From contig DATJFQ010000042.1 of the NCBI GenBank assembly GCA_035495555.1, forward strand, positions 75,893 through 139,892: a stretch of DNA of 64,000 bases. The letters run 5' to 3'. The position numbers were made by a program, and so were the translations under genes. Source of the stretch: Vicinamibacterales bacterium. GTDB lineage: Bacteria; Acidobacteriota; Vicinamibacteria; Vicinamibacterales; 2-12-FULL-66-21. The notes below the pieces were generated by a model. That model was not told where the DNA came from. It worked only from the letters and a program-made list of their open reading frames with translations, and ran no database searches. Below are positions 18,938 through 27,575 of this stretch, piece by piece (positions within the stretch are counted from its first letter, which is position 1; every line of letters begins with the position of its first letter).

Positions 18938-19981
18938 ATGGCCGACGTCACCCGATACCGCCCGGACGACCGACGCGCCGTCGAAGCGCTCTACCGCCGC
19001 GTCTTCGGCAACGACGCCGCCGAGAGCAGCCGTCTGCGCTGGGAATGGCAGTACCGGCGCAATCCCAACAATCCTGGCGGCGAGCCCGAAATCTGGATCG
19101 CGCGCGAGGGCACGGCGCTCGTCGGCCAATACGCGACCATGCCGGTCAAGCTCTCGGTCAAGGGCGACGAGATCAAGGGGTCCTGGGGGATGGACGTCAT
19201 GGTCGCGCCGGAACGCCAGCGCCAGGGCCTGGGCGAGGTGCTGTTCCGCACGTGGGACCGCAACGTCGGCGCGTCGCTCGGCCTGGGACTGTCCGACGCC
19301 TCGTACCGGCTGTTCCAGAAGCTGCGCTGGCCCGACGTCGGTCCGATCCCGTGCCTCGTCAAGCCGTTGTCAAGGCGCGCGTTCCGCCATCCCCGCTGGC
19401 CGACAGCCATCAATCGCCTCATCTCCGCCGTGACCTTTCCTGTCGTGCTGCTGGTGGCGCGCAGCCGTCCACTGCGCGCGGAGGTGCGGCTCGTGCCCCG
19501 ATTCGACGACAGCTTCACGGAGCTGTGGGACGCGCTCGCTCCACGCTTCGACGTAGCCGTCCGCCGCGACGCCGCATATCTGAACTGGAAGTTCGCGACG
19601 GCACCGCACGTGCGCTATACGATGGCGGCGTTGCTGCGGCAGGGAAAAGTCGCCGGGTATGCGGTGTACCGGCACGTCCACGAACCGCGCGGCCGAGTCA
19701 CACTGCTGGTCGATTTCCTGACGGATCCGGACGACGAGAACGGGTTCACGACGCTGCTCCGCTGGGTGGACCGCGAAGCGCGCGAGGCGGACTCCGACAA
19801 GATCCGCGTCTTCGCGCTCCACGCCGCGTTCCGGCGGCTGCTCAAGAAATCCGGGTACTTTCAGGTGAAGTCCACGATGGAGTTCGTCATCAAGGTGAAC
19901 GACGCAGAAGTACCGCACGACTTTTACGAGAACACCGACGGATGGCACGTAACGCTGGGCGACTCGGATCAGGATCGGTAG
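18938..19981 (+). CDS. GNAT-family acetyltransferase
   Basis: VMVAPERQRQGLGEVLF acetyl-CoA binding motif (Q/R-x-x-G-x-G). 347 aa. Confidence 0.65.
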   Translation: MADVTRYRPDDRRAVEALYRRVFGNDAAESSRLRWEWQYRRNPNNPGGEPEIWIAREGTALVGQYATMPVKLSVKGDEIKGSWGMDVMVAPERQRQGLGEVLFRTWDRNVGASLGLGLSDASYRLFQKLRWPDVGPIPCLVKPLSRRAFRHPRWPTAINRLISAVTFPVVLLVARSRPLRAEVRLVPRFDDSFTELWDALAPRFDVAVRRDAAYLNWKFATAPHVRYTMAALLRQGKVAGYAVYRHVHEPRGRVTLLVDFLTDPDDENGFTTLLRWVDREAREADSDKIRVFALHAAFRRLLKKSGYFQVKSTMEFVIKVNDAEVPHDFYENTDGWHVTLGDSDQDR

Positions 19982-20010
19982 GAGACTGCTGAAGAGCGCG
20001 GCAGATAACG

Positions 20011-20105
20011 CCCAACGCCCAATTCCCAAGTCCCAAGCTGACCCCAGCCGGAGTGTCAAGAAACTTGGGAGAGAACTTGGAGTTGGAAGTTGGGAGTTGG
20101 GAATT
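20011..20105. repeat. CCAA/TTGG low-complexity dyad element (intergenic hairpin)
   Basis: Left arm cccaacgcccaattcccaagtcccaag. Right arm cttgggagagaacttggagttggaagttgggagttgggaatt. It ends 6 nt before the ATG at 20111. Confidence 0.75.
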
Positions 20106-20110
20106 TCTTG

Positions 20111-21070
20111 ATGCACCTTTTGGTCGGCATCGATACCGAAGGCGACAATCAATGGGACGCGGCCGCGCGCGCGAACCAGCGGTTCGAGAACATCTATGCG
20201 CTGCCCCGGCTGCATGCCTTGTTCGCACGGCACGGTGTGCGGCCGACGTACGTGATCACCTACCCGGTCGCCACGGATCCCGCGTCGGCGGCGGTGCTGC
20301 GCGATCTGCGCGCGGGCGGCGACTGCGAAATCGGCGCTCACCATCACGCGTGGGAGACGCCGCCGTGCACGGCCGGGGACGTCCAGCGGCATCCCTATGC
20401 CGCCAACCTGCCGCTCGAGCAGTTCGAGGCGCAACTTGCGTCCCTCACTGATGCGATTGCCAGCGCCGTCGGCGCGCGGCCTGTGTCGTACCGCTCGGGC
20501 CGATTCGGCTTCGCAGCGGCTCACGTATCGGCCCTCGAGCGTCTCGGGTATCTCGTCGAATCGAGCGTGGCGCCGTTGTTCTACGAAGCGCACAAGCACG
20601 GTCCGGATTTCGTCGAAGCGCCGCTGCGGCCGTATTTTCTCGCATACGACAGCGCGACCGCGCCGGGATCCAGCGGCGTCCTCGAGGTACCGGTGTCGGC
20701 GGCGCTGAATCGTCGCTGGCCGTCCGCGCTGCGGTATCTCTACGCGCGCGCGCCGCGTCCGTACACGACCAGGCGCGTGCTCAAGAAGCTCGGCATTGCC
20801 CGAGTACGCTGGCTGCGCCCGTCGTATTCGTCGCTCGACGACATGATTGCCCTCGCGCGGGACCTGGCGCATGCGGGTGAACCCGTCCTGAATCTGCTGT
20901 TTCATTCGAGCGAAGCGATCGTCGGCGGGAGTCCCTATAACCGCACCGAATCGGAACTGCAGGCGTTCTGCGATCGTCTGGAGCGCTTTTTCGAGTTCGC
21001 GCAACGCGGGTTGAAGGCGGCCCCTGCGACGTTCGCGGAATTCCGCGCCGCGTATCTCGCCACCTCGTGA
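20111..21070 (+). CDS. Polysaccharide deacetylase-like (WalW-like) protein
   Basis: MHLLVGIDTEGDNQWD...PTYVITYPVATD...EIGAHHHAWE pattern. ATG at 20111 is preferred over the track start at 20090, which lies inside an intergenic repeat. Confidence 0.55.
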   Translation: MHLLVGIDTEGDNQWDAAARANQRFENIYALPRLHALFARHGVRPTYVITYPVATDPASAAVLRDLRAGGDCEIGAHHHAWETPPCTAGDVQRHPYAANLPLEQFEAQLASLTDAIASAVGARPVSYRSGRFGFAAAHVSALERLGYLVESSVAPLFYEAHKHGPDFVEAPLRPYFLAYDSATAPGSSGVLEVPVSAALNRRWPSALRYLYARAPRPYTTRRVLKKLGIARVRWLRPSYSSLDDMIALARDLAHAGEPVLNLLFHSSEAIVGGSPYNRTESELQAFCDRLERFFEFAQRGLKAAPATFAEFRAAYLATS

Positions 21071-22203
21071 GAATCCTGCACCTCACGCCGCACCTGCCGC
21101 CGGATCAGGCCGCGAACGCGCTCCTGCCCTATCAACTCGGCGAGTGGGCGGCAGCCCGCGGCGACGCCGTGCAGTACCTCGCGCACCCACCCCGCGCCGG
21201 CGCATCCGCCGCCCTACCGGGAGACGTCACGTGGATGCCGCGCACGCGCGCGGGGCTGGCGCAAAAGCTGATGCGCGCCGGGTCGATCGCGGCTGCCGCG
21301 CGCATCTGGCGCACCGCCGCCCCGCTCGTCGCCGCCGCCGATGTGGTCCACATTCACAGCAACGGGTTGCTTGCCGAGGTCGGCGCACTGGTCGCCGCAC
21401 GGCAGCGGAAGCCGTACGTGTTGACGCTCTACGGCACCGAGATCTGGCACTACCGGCCGAAACGCCGCGTCGATCTGTTCACACGTGCCTACCGCGGCGC
21501 AAACGCCGTCGTCTTCTACAGCGAACGGCTGTTGCTGCGCGCCCGCGAACTGGCGCTCGGCCGCCCGGATTGCCACGTCATTTATCCGCCGGTTTCGAAC
21601 GCCTTCTCGTTTCACGACTGGGTGACACAACAGGAAGAGCGCCTGCGGCTGGGCCTCACGGCGCGGCACGTGATCGTGAACGTCAAGCGGCTGCACCCGC
21701 TCGCCGGGCAGCGATTCCTGATCGAAGCAATGGGCGAGGTGATCCGGGAGCATCCGGACGCGCGCCTGATCATCTGCGGGACCGGCGATTTGCTCTCGGA
21801 GCTGCAGCACGTCGCGCGCGCCGCCGGTGTCGAACGTCACGTCACCTTTGCCGGCCTGGTCGACAACACGATGGTCGCAAAATACTGCGCGGCGGCCGAT
21901 CTGTTCGTCCTGCCGTCGTTGCTCGAGGCGCTCCCGACCGTCGCGGTCGAGGCGCTCGCGTCGGGGACGCCGGTCCTGTCGAGCGACAATCCCGGCGGCC
22001 TCGAACTGAACGATGTCTTCGGCAGCGACGTCGAGGTCGTCCCGCGGGAAGACTGGCTCGCGCTCGCCGACGCGATCCGCTCGAAACTCCGCAACAAACG
22101 GCGGACGATGAGCGCGACGGCGGACGTGATCGCGGCGCGGTTCCGCCCTGATGCCGTCGCGCGCCAGTATTGGGACGTGTACGATGGTGTGAGGAGGAAG
22201 TAG
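21067..22203 (+). CDS. GT4-family (GT-B) glycosyltransferase
   Basis: MRILHLTPHLPPD N-terminus. C-terminal LFVLPSLLEALPTVAVEALASGTPVLSSD (E-x7-E region). GTGA overlap with the upstream gene. Confidence 0.8.
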   Translation: MRILHLTPHLPPDQAANALLPYQLGEWAAARGDAVQYLAHPPRAGASAALPGDVTWMPRTRAGLAQKLMRAGSIAAAARIWRTAAPLVAAADVVHIHSNGLLAEVGALVAARQRKPYVLTLYGTEIWHYRPKRRVDLFTRAYRGANAVVFYSERLLLRARELALGRPDCHVIYPPVSNAFSFHDWVTQQEERLRLGLTARHVIVNVKRLHPLAGQRFLIEAMGEVIREHPDARLIICGTGDLLSELQHVARAAGVERHVTFAGLVDNTMVAKYCAAADLFVLPSLLEALPTVAVEALASGTPVLSSDNPGGLELNDVFGSDVEVVPREDWLALADAIRSKLRNKRRTMSATADVIAARFRPDAVARQYWDVYDGVRRK

Positions 22204-22206
22204 CGC

Positions 22207-22656
22207 ATGGCCCTCACCGAACGGATCACACAGGACATCGCCGACGCCATGAAATCGCGCGACCAGATGCGGCTCTCCGCGTTGCGGATGGCCAAAGCGG
22301 CGCTCATGAACGCGGCCGTGTCCAAAGGCCGCGACCTGGACGAGGCAGAGTCGGCGCAGGTGGTCGCGTCCCTCCTCAAGCAGCGGCGCGATTCAATCGA
22401 ACAGTTCACGTCCGCGGGCCGGACTGACCTCGTCGACAAGGAACGGGCGGAGATGGCTGTGCTCGAGGCCTACGCGCCCCCAGCCGCCACCGAACAGGAT
22501 CTCTCGGCGGCGGTGGACGCGGCCATTGCCGAAACGGGCGCCACCACCGCAAAGGACGTCGGCCGTGTGATGAAAACGGTGATGGCCCGGCTGGCCGGAC
22601 GCACAGTCGACGGGAAGGCGGTGAACGAACTGGTCCGCCGCAAACTCACCGCATAG
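22207..22656 (+). CDS. GatB/YqeY domain protein
   Basis: LTERITQDIADAMKSRDQMRLSALRMAKAAL...VMKTVMARLAGRTVDGKAVNELVRRKL is characteristic of YqeY. Confidence 0.8.
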   Translation: MALTERITQDIADAMKSRDQMRLSALRMAKAALMNAAVSKGRDLDEAESAQVVASLLKQRRDSIEQFTSAGRTDLVDKERAEMAVLEAYAPPAATEQDLSAAVDAAIAETGATTAKDVGRVMKTVMARLAGRTVDGKAVNELVRRKLTA

Positions 22657-22734
22657 TTCAGCAAACTTTTTTCGATGGGGGCCGTCTAATCTCTACGAAA
22701 GGCAACGCACAAGCCTCTCATCCATCCTCCATGG

Positions 22735-22764
22735 GGCCTCCGTCGCAAGGCGGAGGCCTTTTTT
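22735..22764 (+). terminator. Rho-independent terminator after the GT4-yqeY genes
   Basis: ggcctccg-tcgcaagg-cggaggcc stem-loop followed by six T (22759-22764). Confidence 0.8.
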
Positions 22765-22893
22765 CGTTTGGGCTCTGGCAGATTGTCCGGAACGTCCGAA
22801 ATCGCAGACGCGAAACCGCACACGGGGCGCGAATCCGGACGGGATGCGGCGTAGTCTTTGCGTGGTACGATACTCGGTCTGGATCGTCGCACG

Positions 22894-23637
22894 ATGCCTC
22901 GTTCGCCCCGCATCTCATCCATCGCGTATTCGTTCGGCCCCGGTCCCATCACCCCTGCGGTGCGGCTGCTCCTGTGGGCCAACGGAGTGGTCTGGATTGC
23001 GACGCTGGTGTTCCCGCGCCTCGTCGAATGGCTGGGCCTCGTACCACAGTACGTGCTGCACGACTACTGGCTGTGGCAGCCGGTCACCTACATGTTCGTG
23101 CACGCGCGCAACCCGACGCACATCCTCTTCAACATGCTCGGGCTCTGGATGTTCGGCGTCGAACTCGAACGCATGTGGGGCACGAAATTCTTCGCGCGCT
23201 ACTACGCGATCACCGGCGTCGGTGCCGGCCTGACGACGATCCTCGTATCGCTGCTGCCGTTCGCCCAGACGGCGGCAACGTACTACTCAGTCACGATTGG
23301 CGCTTCCGGCGCGCTGTTCGGGTTGCTGCTCGCCTACGCGCTCTACTTCCCCAACCGGCCGATCCTCATGTTCCTGCTGTTTCCGATCCCCGCGAAATAC
23401 TTCGTGATGATCATCGGCGGGATCGCGTTTCTCACGGCCGCGGACGGGAACAGCGGGGTCGCCGCCGCCACGCATCTTGGCGGGCTCGTCATCGGGTATC
23501 TCTACCTCCAGGGCGGACGCGGCGGGCTGAGCGCTGAGATAAAGTACCGCTACCTCAAGTGGAAGATGAACCGCCTCCGCCGCAAGTTCGACGTCTACTC
23601 AGGCGGCCGCTCAGACTGGGATCGGCACGTACATTAG
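22894..23637 (+). CDS. Rhomboid-family intramembrane serine protease
   Basis: HILFNMLGLWMFG and GASGALFGLL (GxSG) motifs, plus a later AATHLGG histidine. Start chosen at MPRSPRISS. Confidence 0.8.
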   Translation: MPRSPRISSIAYSFGPGPITPAVRLLLWANGVVWIATLVFPRLVEWLGLVPQYVLHDYWLWQPVTYMFVHARNPTHILFNMLGLWMFGVELERMWGTKFFARYYAITGVGAGLTTILVSLLPFAQTAATYYSVTIGASGALFGLLLAYALYFPNRPILMFLLFPIPAKYFVMIIGGIAFLTAADGNSGVAAATHLGGLVIGYLYLQGGRGGLSAEIKYRYLKWKMNRLRRKFDVYSGGRSDWDRHVH

Positions 23638-23657
23638 CGCTTCGCCCTGATAACCAC

Positions 23658-23719
23658 GCAACTGCCAACTACCAACGACGCAAGGAACCTTGCGTAGGCA
23701 ATTGTGGAGTTGGCAATTG
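23658..23719. repeat. CCAA/TTGG low-complexity dyad element with a central perfect palindrome
   Basis: gcaactgccaactaccaacg / acgcaaggaaccttgcgt / aggcaattgtggagttggcaattg. Confidence 0.75.
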
Positions 23720-25072
23720 TCACTGAGACGCGTTCTTCTCTCGATCGCCTTCCTGGCCGGCCTCGCGGTGCACCTCGTCACGTTGACGATGCCCGGGACC
23801 GACGATGTGATGGTCTGGAAGACGTGGAGCTATGGCGCCGCGACCGACCTCACGTCGATGTACGGCGTGGGCGGGACGCCCCCGCACCGCGGTGTCGTCA
23901 AGTGGCACACCAGAAGCACCACCGTCGATTACCCTCCCGGTACGTTGTACCTCCTTGGAATCGTTGGACGGGCATACCGAGCAACCTCGCCATCGTTCGA
24001 TGACTCCGCCGCGCTGACAGCCACGCTCAAGCTGTTCACGCTCGCCTTCGATGCCGCGACAGCGATCTTCCTCTGGGCGCTGGCGCGGCGGTATGTCGAC
24101 GGGCCAGCCGCTGCCGCGGCCGCGCTTGGGTACTGGGTGAATCCGGCGACGCTCCTTGACGGCTCAGTGCTTGGTTATCTGGATCCCTGGATGGCTGCCC
24201 CCGCGGTTGCTGCCCTCCTTGCCGCCGATGCGGGAATGTCGCTCGTCGCAGGGGCGCTGCTGGCGGCGGCCGTGCTGATCAAAGCACAAGCAATCTTCGT
24301 CGCGCCCGTCGTCGCACTCCTGCTCGTTCAGGCGTCGGGACGCCCGTGGCGGAGCGCACTGCTCGGGGTCCTCGGGTTCGGAGTCATCGCGGCCGGCGCA
24401 CTCTGGCCATTTGCGTCACGCGGCGCGCTCCCCAACGTTGCGCAGGGCGTCACCGCGCTGCTGCATCACGACATGCTGTCGGGCACCGCGGCCAATGTGT
24501 GGTGGCTCCTCACGTGGGTGCTGCGCGCAGCCTATGCGGTCCACGACCTCGGGCGCTGGGCAGCCTGGACGATGACGGTGAAAATTCTCGCGATTTCGAG
24601 GGTGGTGGCGCTGGGGTATCCGAATCCGCGGCCGGTCGCGCTCGCGCTGGTGCTGCTCGCGAGCGCCTGGGCCCTTTTCCGCGCGCACGGTGCGGCGAGC
24701 CGCGGGGCCTCGTCTGCCGTCCTCGTCGCCGCCGGCGCATTCGCGGTGCACGCGTACTTCACGCTTGGCGTCCAGGTGCATGAGAACCATCTGTTCCTGG
24801 CGGTTCCACTGCTCGCCGTCTGCGCGGTTGTGCTGCCCGGGTACCGCGGCGTCCTGCTGAGCGTCAGCGCGGTCGCCGCGCTGAATCCATTTCTGTTCTA
24901 CGGCGTGGGCCGCGGTTTTCCGCTTCCGTCCCGGCACTGGACGGTCGTCGATACGACCGTCATCCTTGCGGCATTCAACGTCGTCGCGCTCTGGTGGCAC
25001 GCGATGACGCTCAGCGACACCTGCGATCGAGCCTCGCGCGCGGCGAGTGCGGCCGGCTATTTGTGGAAGTAA
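23690..25072 (+). CDS. Polytopic membrane protein, GT-C-like (ALG6/8- or GT87/DUF2029-like) putative glycosyltransferase. The start is uncertain (TTG 23690 or TTG 23717).
   Basis: VDYPPGTLYLLG loop motif and about 10 or more TM segments. The first 9 codons of the track ORF lie inside an intergenic dyad repeat. Confidence 0.45.
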   Translation: MRRQLWSWQLSLRRVLLSIAFLAGLAVHLVTLTMPGTDDVMVWKTWSYGAATDLTSMYGVGGTPPHRGVVKWHTRSTTVDYPPGTLYLLGIVGRAYRATSPSFDDSAALTATLKLFTLAFDAATAIFLWALARRYVDGPAAAAAALGYWVNPATLLDGSVLGYLDPWMAAPAVAALLAADAGMSLVAGALLAAAVLIKAQAIFVAPVVALLLVQASGRPWRSALLGVLGFGVIAAGALWPFASRGALPNVAQGVTALLHHDMLSGTAANVWWLLTWVLRAAYAVHDLGRWAAWTMTVKILAISRVVALGYPNPRPVALALVLLASAWALFRAHGAASRGASSAVLVAAGAFAVHAYFTLGVQVHENHLFLAVPLLAVCAVVLPGYRGVLLSVSAVAALNPFLFYGVGRGFPLPSRHWTVVDTTVILAAFNVVALWWHAMTLSDTCDRASRAASAAGYLWK

Positions 25073-25416
25073 TGATCCGTATGATCGAGCCAGTCCTGTC
25101 GAATGGGACTGAACACGTCCAGCTCGAACGTGTCGTCGAGCGCCTCGGCCTGGTGCTCGACCCATGACGGAATGTGCAGGACTTCCCCTTCGCGGACGGT
25201 GATCTCTTCGCCAGCGATCAGGAACTTCAAGGCGCCCTGCAGCACGTACGTCATCTGCTCGCTCTCGTGCGAGTGCATCGGCACGAGCGCCCCTTTTTTC
25301 AGGTAAATCTGCGCCAGCATTTCGCGCTCGCCCGTGACGATCTTGCGCGAAATCATCTCGGTCACCTTCTCGAGCGCGAGCTCGTCCCAGCGGTGCAGGC
25401 TCACGGTAGTGTGCAT
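25057..25416 (-). CDS. Cupin-domain protein
   Basis: 119 aa starting MHTTVSLHRW. PMHSHESEQMTYVLQG...HIPSWVEHQ cupin motifs. The upstream part of the 251-aa track ORF is antisense to the E1 gene. Confidence 0.75.
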   Translation of the reverse strand: MHTTVSLHRWDELALEKVTEMISRKIVTGEREMLAQIYLKKGALVPMHSHESEQMTYVLQGALKFLIAGEEITVREGEVLHIPSWVEHQAEALDDTFELDVFSPIRQDWLDHTDHYFHK

Positions 25417-25426
25417 GAAAGCCAAG

Positions 25427-25432
25427 TATAAT
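25427..25432 (+). promoter_or_regulatory. Putative -10 hexamer TATAAT, 8 nt upstream of the E1 dehydrogenase ATG (leaderless-type geometry)
   Basis: gccaagTATAATcggacgacATG. No Shine-Dalgarno sequence is present. Confidence 0.35.
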
Positions 25433-25440
25433 CGGACGAC

Positions 25441-27573
25441 ATGAAAGCGACCGCGGTGAGCCCCGGGAAAGCTGCGCCCGCCCGCTCGTACAACGGTCTT
25501 GCGCCGGCAGATCTCCTGCGTGCGTACCGGACGATGGTGCTGTCGCGGAAGCTGGATGACAAGGAGATTCAGCTCAAGAATCAGAGCCTCATCTTCTTCC
25601 AGATCAGCGGCGCCGGTCACGAAGCCGTCCTGACGGCGGCCGGCATGGTGCTGAAGCCGGGCCACGACTGGTTTTATCCCTACTACCGCGATCGTGCGCT
25701 GTGCCTCATGCTCGGCATGACGCCGCTCGAGATGCTGCTGAGCGCGGTCGGTTCCAAGGACGACCCGAACTCCGGCGGTCGCCAGATGCCTTCGCACTGG
25801 GGACACAAGCAACTGAACATCGTCTCGCAGTCGTCGCCGACCGGAACGCAGTGCCTCCAGGCGATTGGGTGCGCCGAAGCCGGACGCGTCTATCAGACTG
25901 TCGACGCAATCCCTGACGCAGAGCGCCGTTTCCGGTCTGACGAAGTTGTCTACGTATCGATCGGCGAAGGCACGACGAGCGAAGGCGAGTTCTGGGAATC
26001 ACTCAACTCCGCGTGCACGCTGAAGCTGCCCGTCGTCTATCTCATCGAGGACAACGGGTACGCGATCTCCGTCCCCGTCGAAGTGCAGACCGCGGGCGGC
26101 GATATCTCCAAGCTGGTGTCCTCGTTCCCCGGTCTCTTCGTGCAGAGCATCGACGGCACCGATTTCCTCAGCAGCTACAAGGCGGTGTCGAGCGCGGTCG
26201 ATTACGCGCGTGCGCGCAAAGGTCCCGCGTTCGTTCACGCGAAGGTCATCCGTCCGTACTCGCACTCGTTGTCGGACGACGAAAAGCTGTACAAGACATC
26301 GGATGAGCGTGCCGCCGAGTCCAGGCGGGATCCGATCACGCGGCTCGCGACGTTCCTGGTCAACGAGCAGATCGCGACGGAGGACGACCTGAAGGCGCTC
26401 GTCCGCGAGGTCGAAGCGGAGATCGCAGCTGCCGCCGAGCAGGCGGTGCGGGCACCCAAACCCGCGCCCGATACGGCGATGCTGTACGTGTACTCCCCCG
26501 ACGTAGACCCCTCGTCAGGCGCGTTCGACACCGCCGCCGAGCCGCAGGGGAAACCGGACACGATGGTCGCGGCCATCAACCGCACGCTGAAAGACGAGAT
26601 GGCGCAGGATCACCGGATCGTGGTGTTTGGCGAAGACGTGGCGGATTGCAGCCGCGAGGCGTCGCTGGAGACCGTTCCCGGGAAGGGCGGCGTGTTCAAG
26701 GTGACCCACGGGCTGCAGCGTGCCTTCGGCAGCAGGCGTGTGTTCAACTCGCCGCTCGCCGAAGCCAACATCATCGGCCGGGCCGTCGGAATGGCGACCA
26801 GAGGCATCAAGCCCGTCGCCGAAATCCAGTTCTTCGACTACATCTGGCCCGCCATGATGCAGCTCCGCGACGAGATGTCGATGATGCGGTATCGGTCGAA
26901 CAACGCGTTCTCCTGTCCGCTCGTGGTTCGCGTGGCCACCGGCGGGTATCTTCGCGGCGGCGCGCCGTATCACAGCCAGTCCGGCGAGAGCATCTTCGCG
27001 CACTGCCCCGGCATCCGGATCGTGTTCCCGTCGAACGCGCAGGACGCCGCCGGGCTGTTGCGCACCGCCATCCGCTGCGATGACCCGGTGATGTTTCTCG
27101 AGCACAAGCACCTGTACCGCCAGACGTACAACAAGGGCGAGTACCCCGGACCCAACTACATGGTGCCTTTCGGGAAGGCGGTTACGAAGCGGGAGGGCAC
27201 TGACGTTGCCGTGATCACCTACGGAGCCCTCGTCCAGCGGTCGCTGCTCGCGGCGCAGCAGGCGGAGAAGGACGGCATCAGCGTGATGGTCGTCGATCTG
27301 CGATCGATTGCGCCCTATGACTGGGACGCGATTGCCAGCGCGGTTCGCGCGACGAGCCGCGTCGTCATCGCGCACGAAGATCAGTTGACGTGCGGATTCG
27401 GCGCCGAACTCGCCGCCCGCATCGGAGACGACCTGTTCGAATTCCTCGACGCGCCAATCCGTCGCGTGGCAGCGCTCGACGCGCCGGTGGCGTACTCACC
27501 GGACCTCGAAGAAGTCATCCTGCCGCAGTCGAGCGACGTCCTGAAGGCCATTCAGGAAATCGCGAAGTACTGA
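25441..27573 (+). CDS. Fused 2-oxoacid dehydrogenase E1 component (alpha+beta, TPP-dependent)
   Basis: 710 aa. The N-terminal half resembles E1-alpha ([23 protein letters not shown]). The C-terminal half resembles E1-beta/transketolase-like (VFGEDV..., [11 protein letters not shown]). Confidence 0.85.
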   Translation: MKATAVSPGKAAPARSYNGLAPADLLRAYRTMVLSRKLDDKEIQLKNQSLIFFQISGAGHEAVLTAAGMVLKPGHDWFYPYYRDRALCLMLGMTPLEMLLSAVGSKDDPNSGGRQMPSHWGHKQLNIVSQSSPTGTQCLQAIGCAEAGRVYQTVDAIPDAERRFRSDEVVYVSIGEGTTSEGEFWESLNSACTLKLPVVYLIEDNGYAISVPVEVQTAGGDISKLVSSFPGLFVQSIDGTDFLSSYKAVSSAVDYARARKGPAFVHAKVIRPYSHSLSDDEKLYKTSDERAAESRRDPITRLATFLVNEQIATEDDLKALVREVEAEIAAAAEQAVRAPKPAPDTAMLYVYSPDVDPSSGAFDTAAEPQGKPDTMVAAINRTLKDEMAQDHRIVVFGEDVADCSREASLETVPGKGGVFKVTHGLQRAFGSRRVFNSPLAEANIIGRAVGMATRGIKPVAEIQFFDYIWPAMMQLRDEMSMMRYRSNNAFSCPLVVRVATGGYLRGGAPYHSQSGESIFAHCPGIRIVFPSNAQDAAGLLRTAIRCDDPVMFLEHKHLYRQTYNKGEYPGPNYMVPFGKAVTKREGTDVAVITYGALVQRSLLAAQQAEKDGISVMVVDLRSIAPYDWDAIASAVRATSRVVIAHEDQLTCGFGAELAARIGDDLFEFLDAPIRRVAALDAPVAYSPDLEEVILPQSSDVLKAIQEIAKY

Positions 27574-27575
27574 CG

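Noticed and set aside
22731-23537. 268-aa plus-strand ORF in an alternative frame over the rhomboid gene
   Set aside because: The frame starting at 22894 gives the rhomboid catalytic motifs (GASG, H). The alternative frame is Arg-rich and motif-free.
25057-25072. 16-nt 3-prime overlap of convergent genes (GT-C-like and cupin) and the 7-nt convergent gap at 12401-12407, considered as possible antisense-regulation sites
   Set aside because: Short convergent overlaps are common in compact GC-rich genomes, and I have no additional structure or motif to support a specific function.
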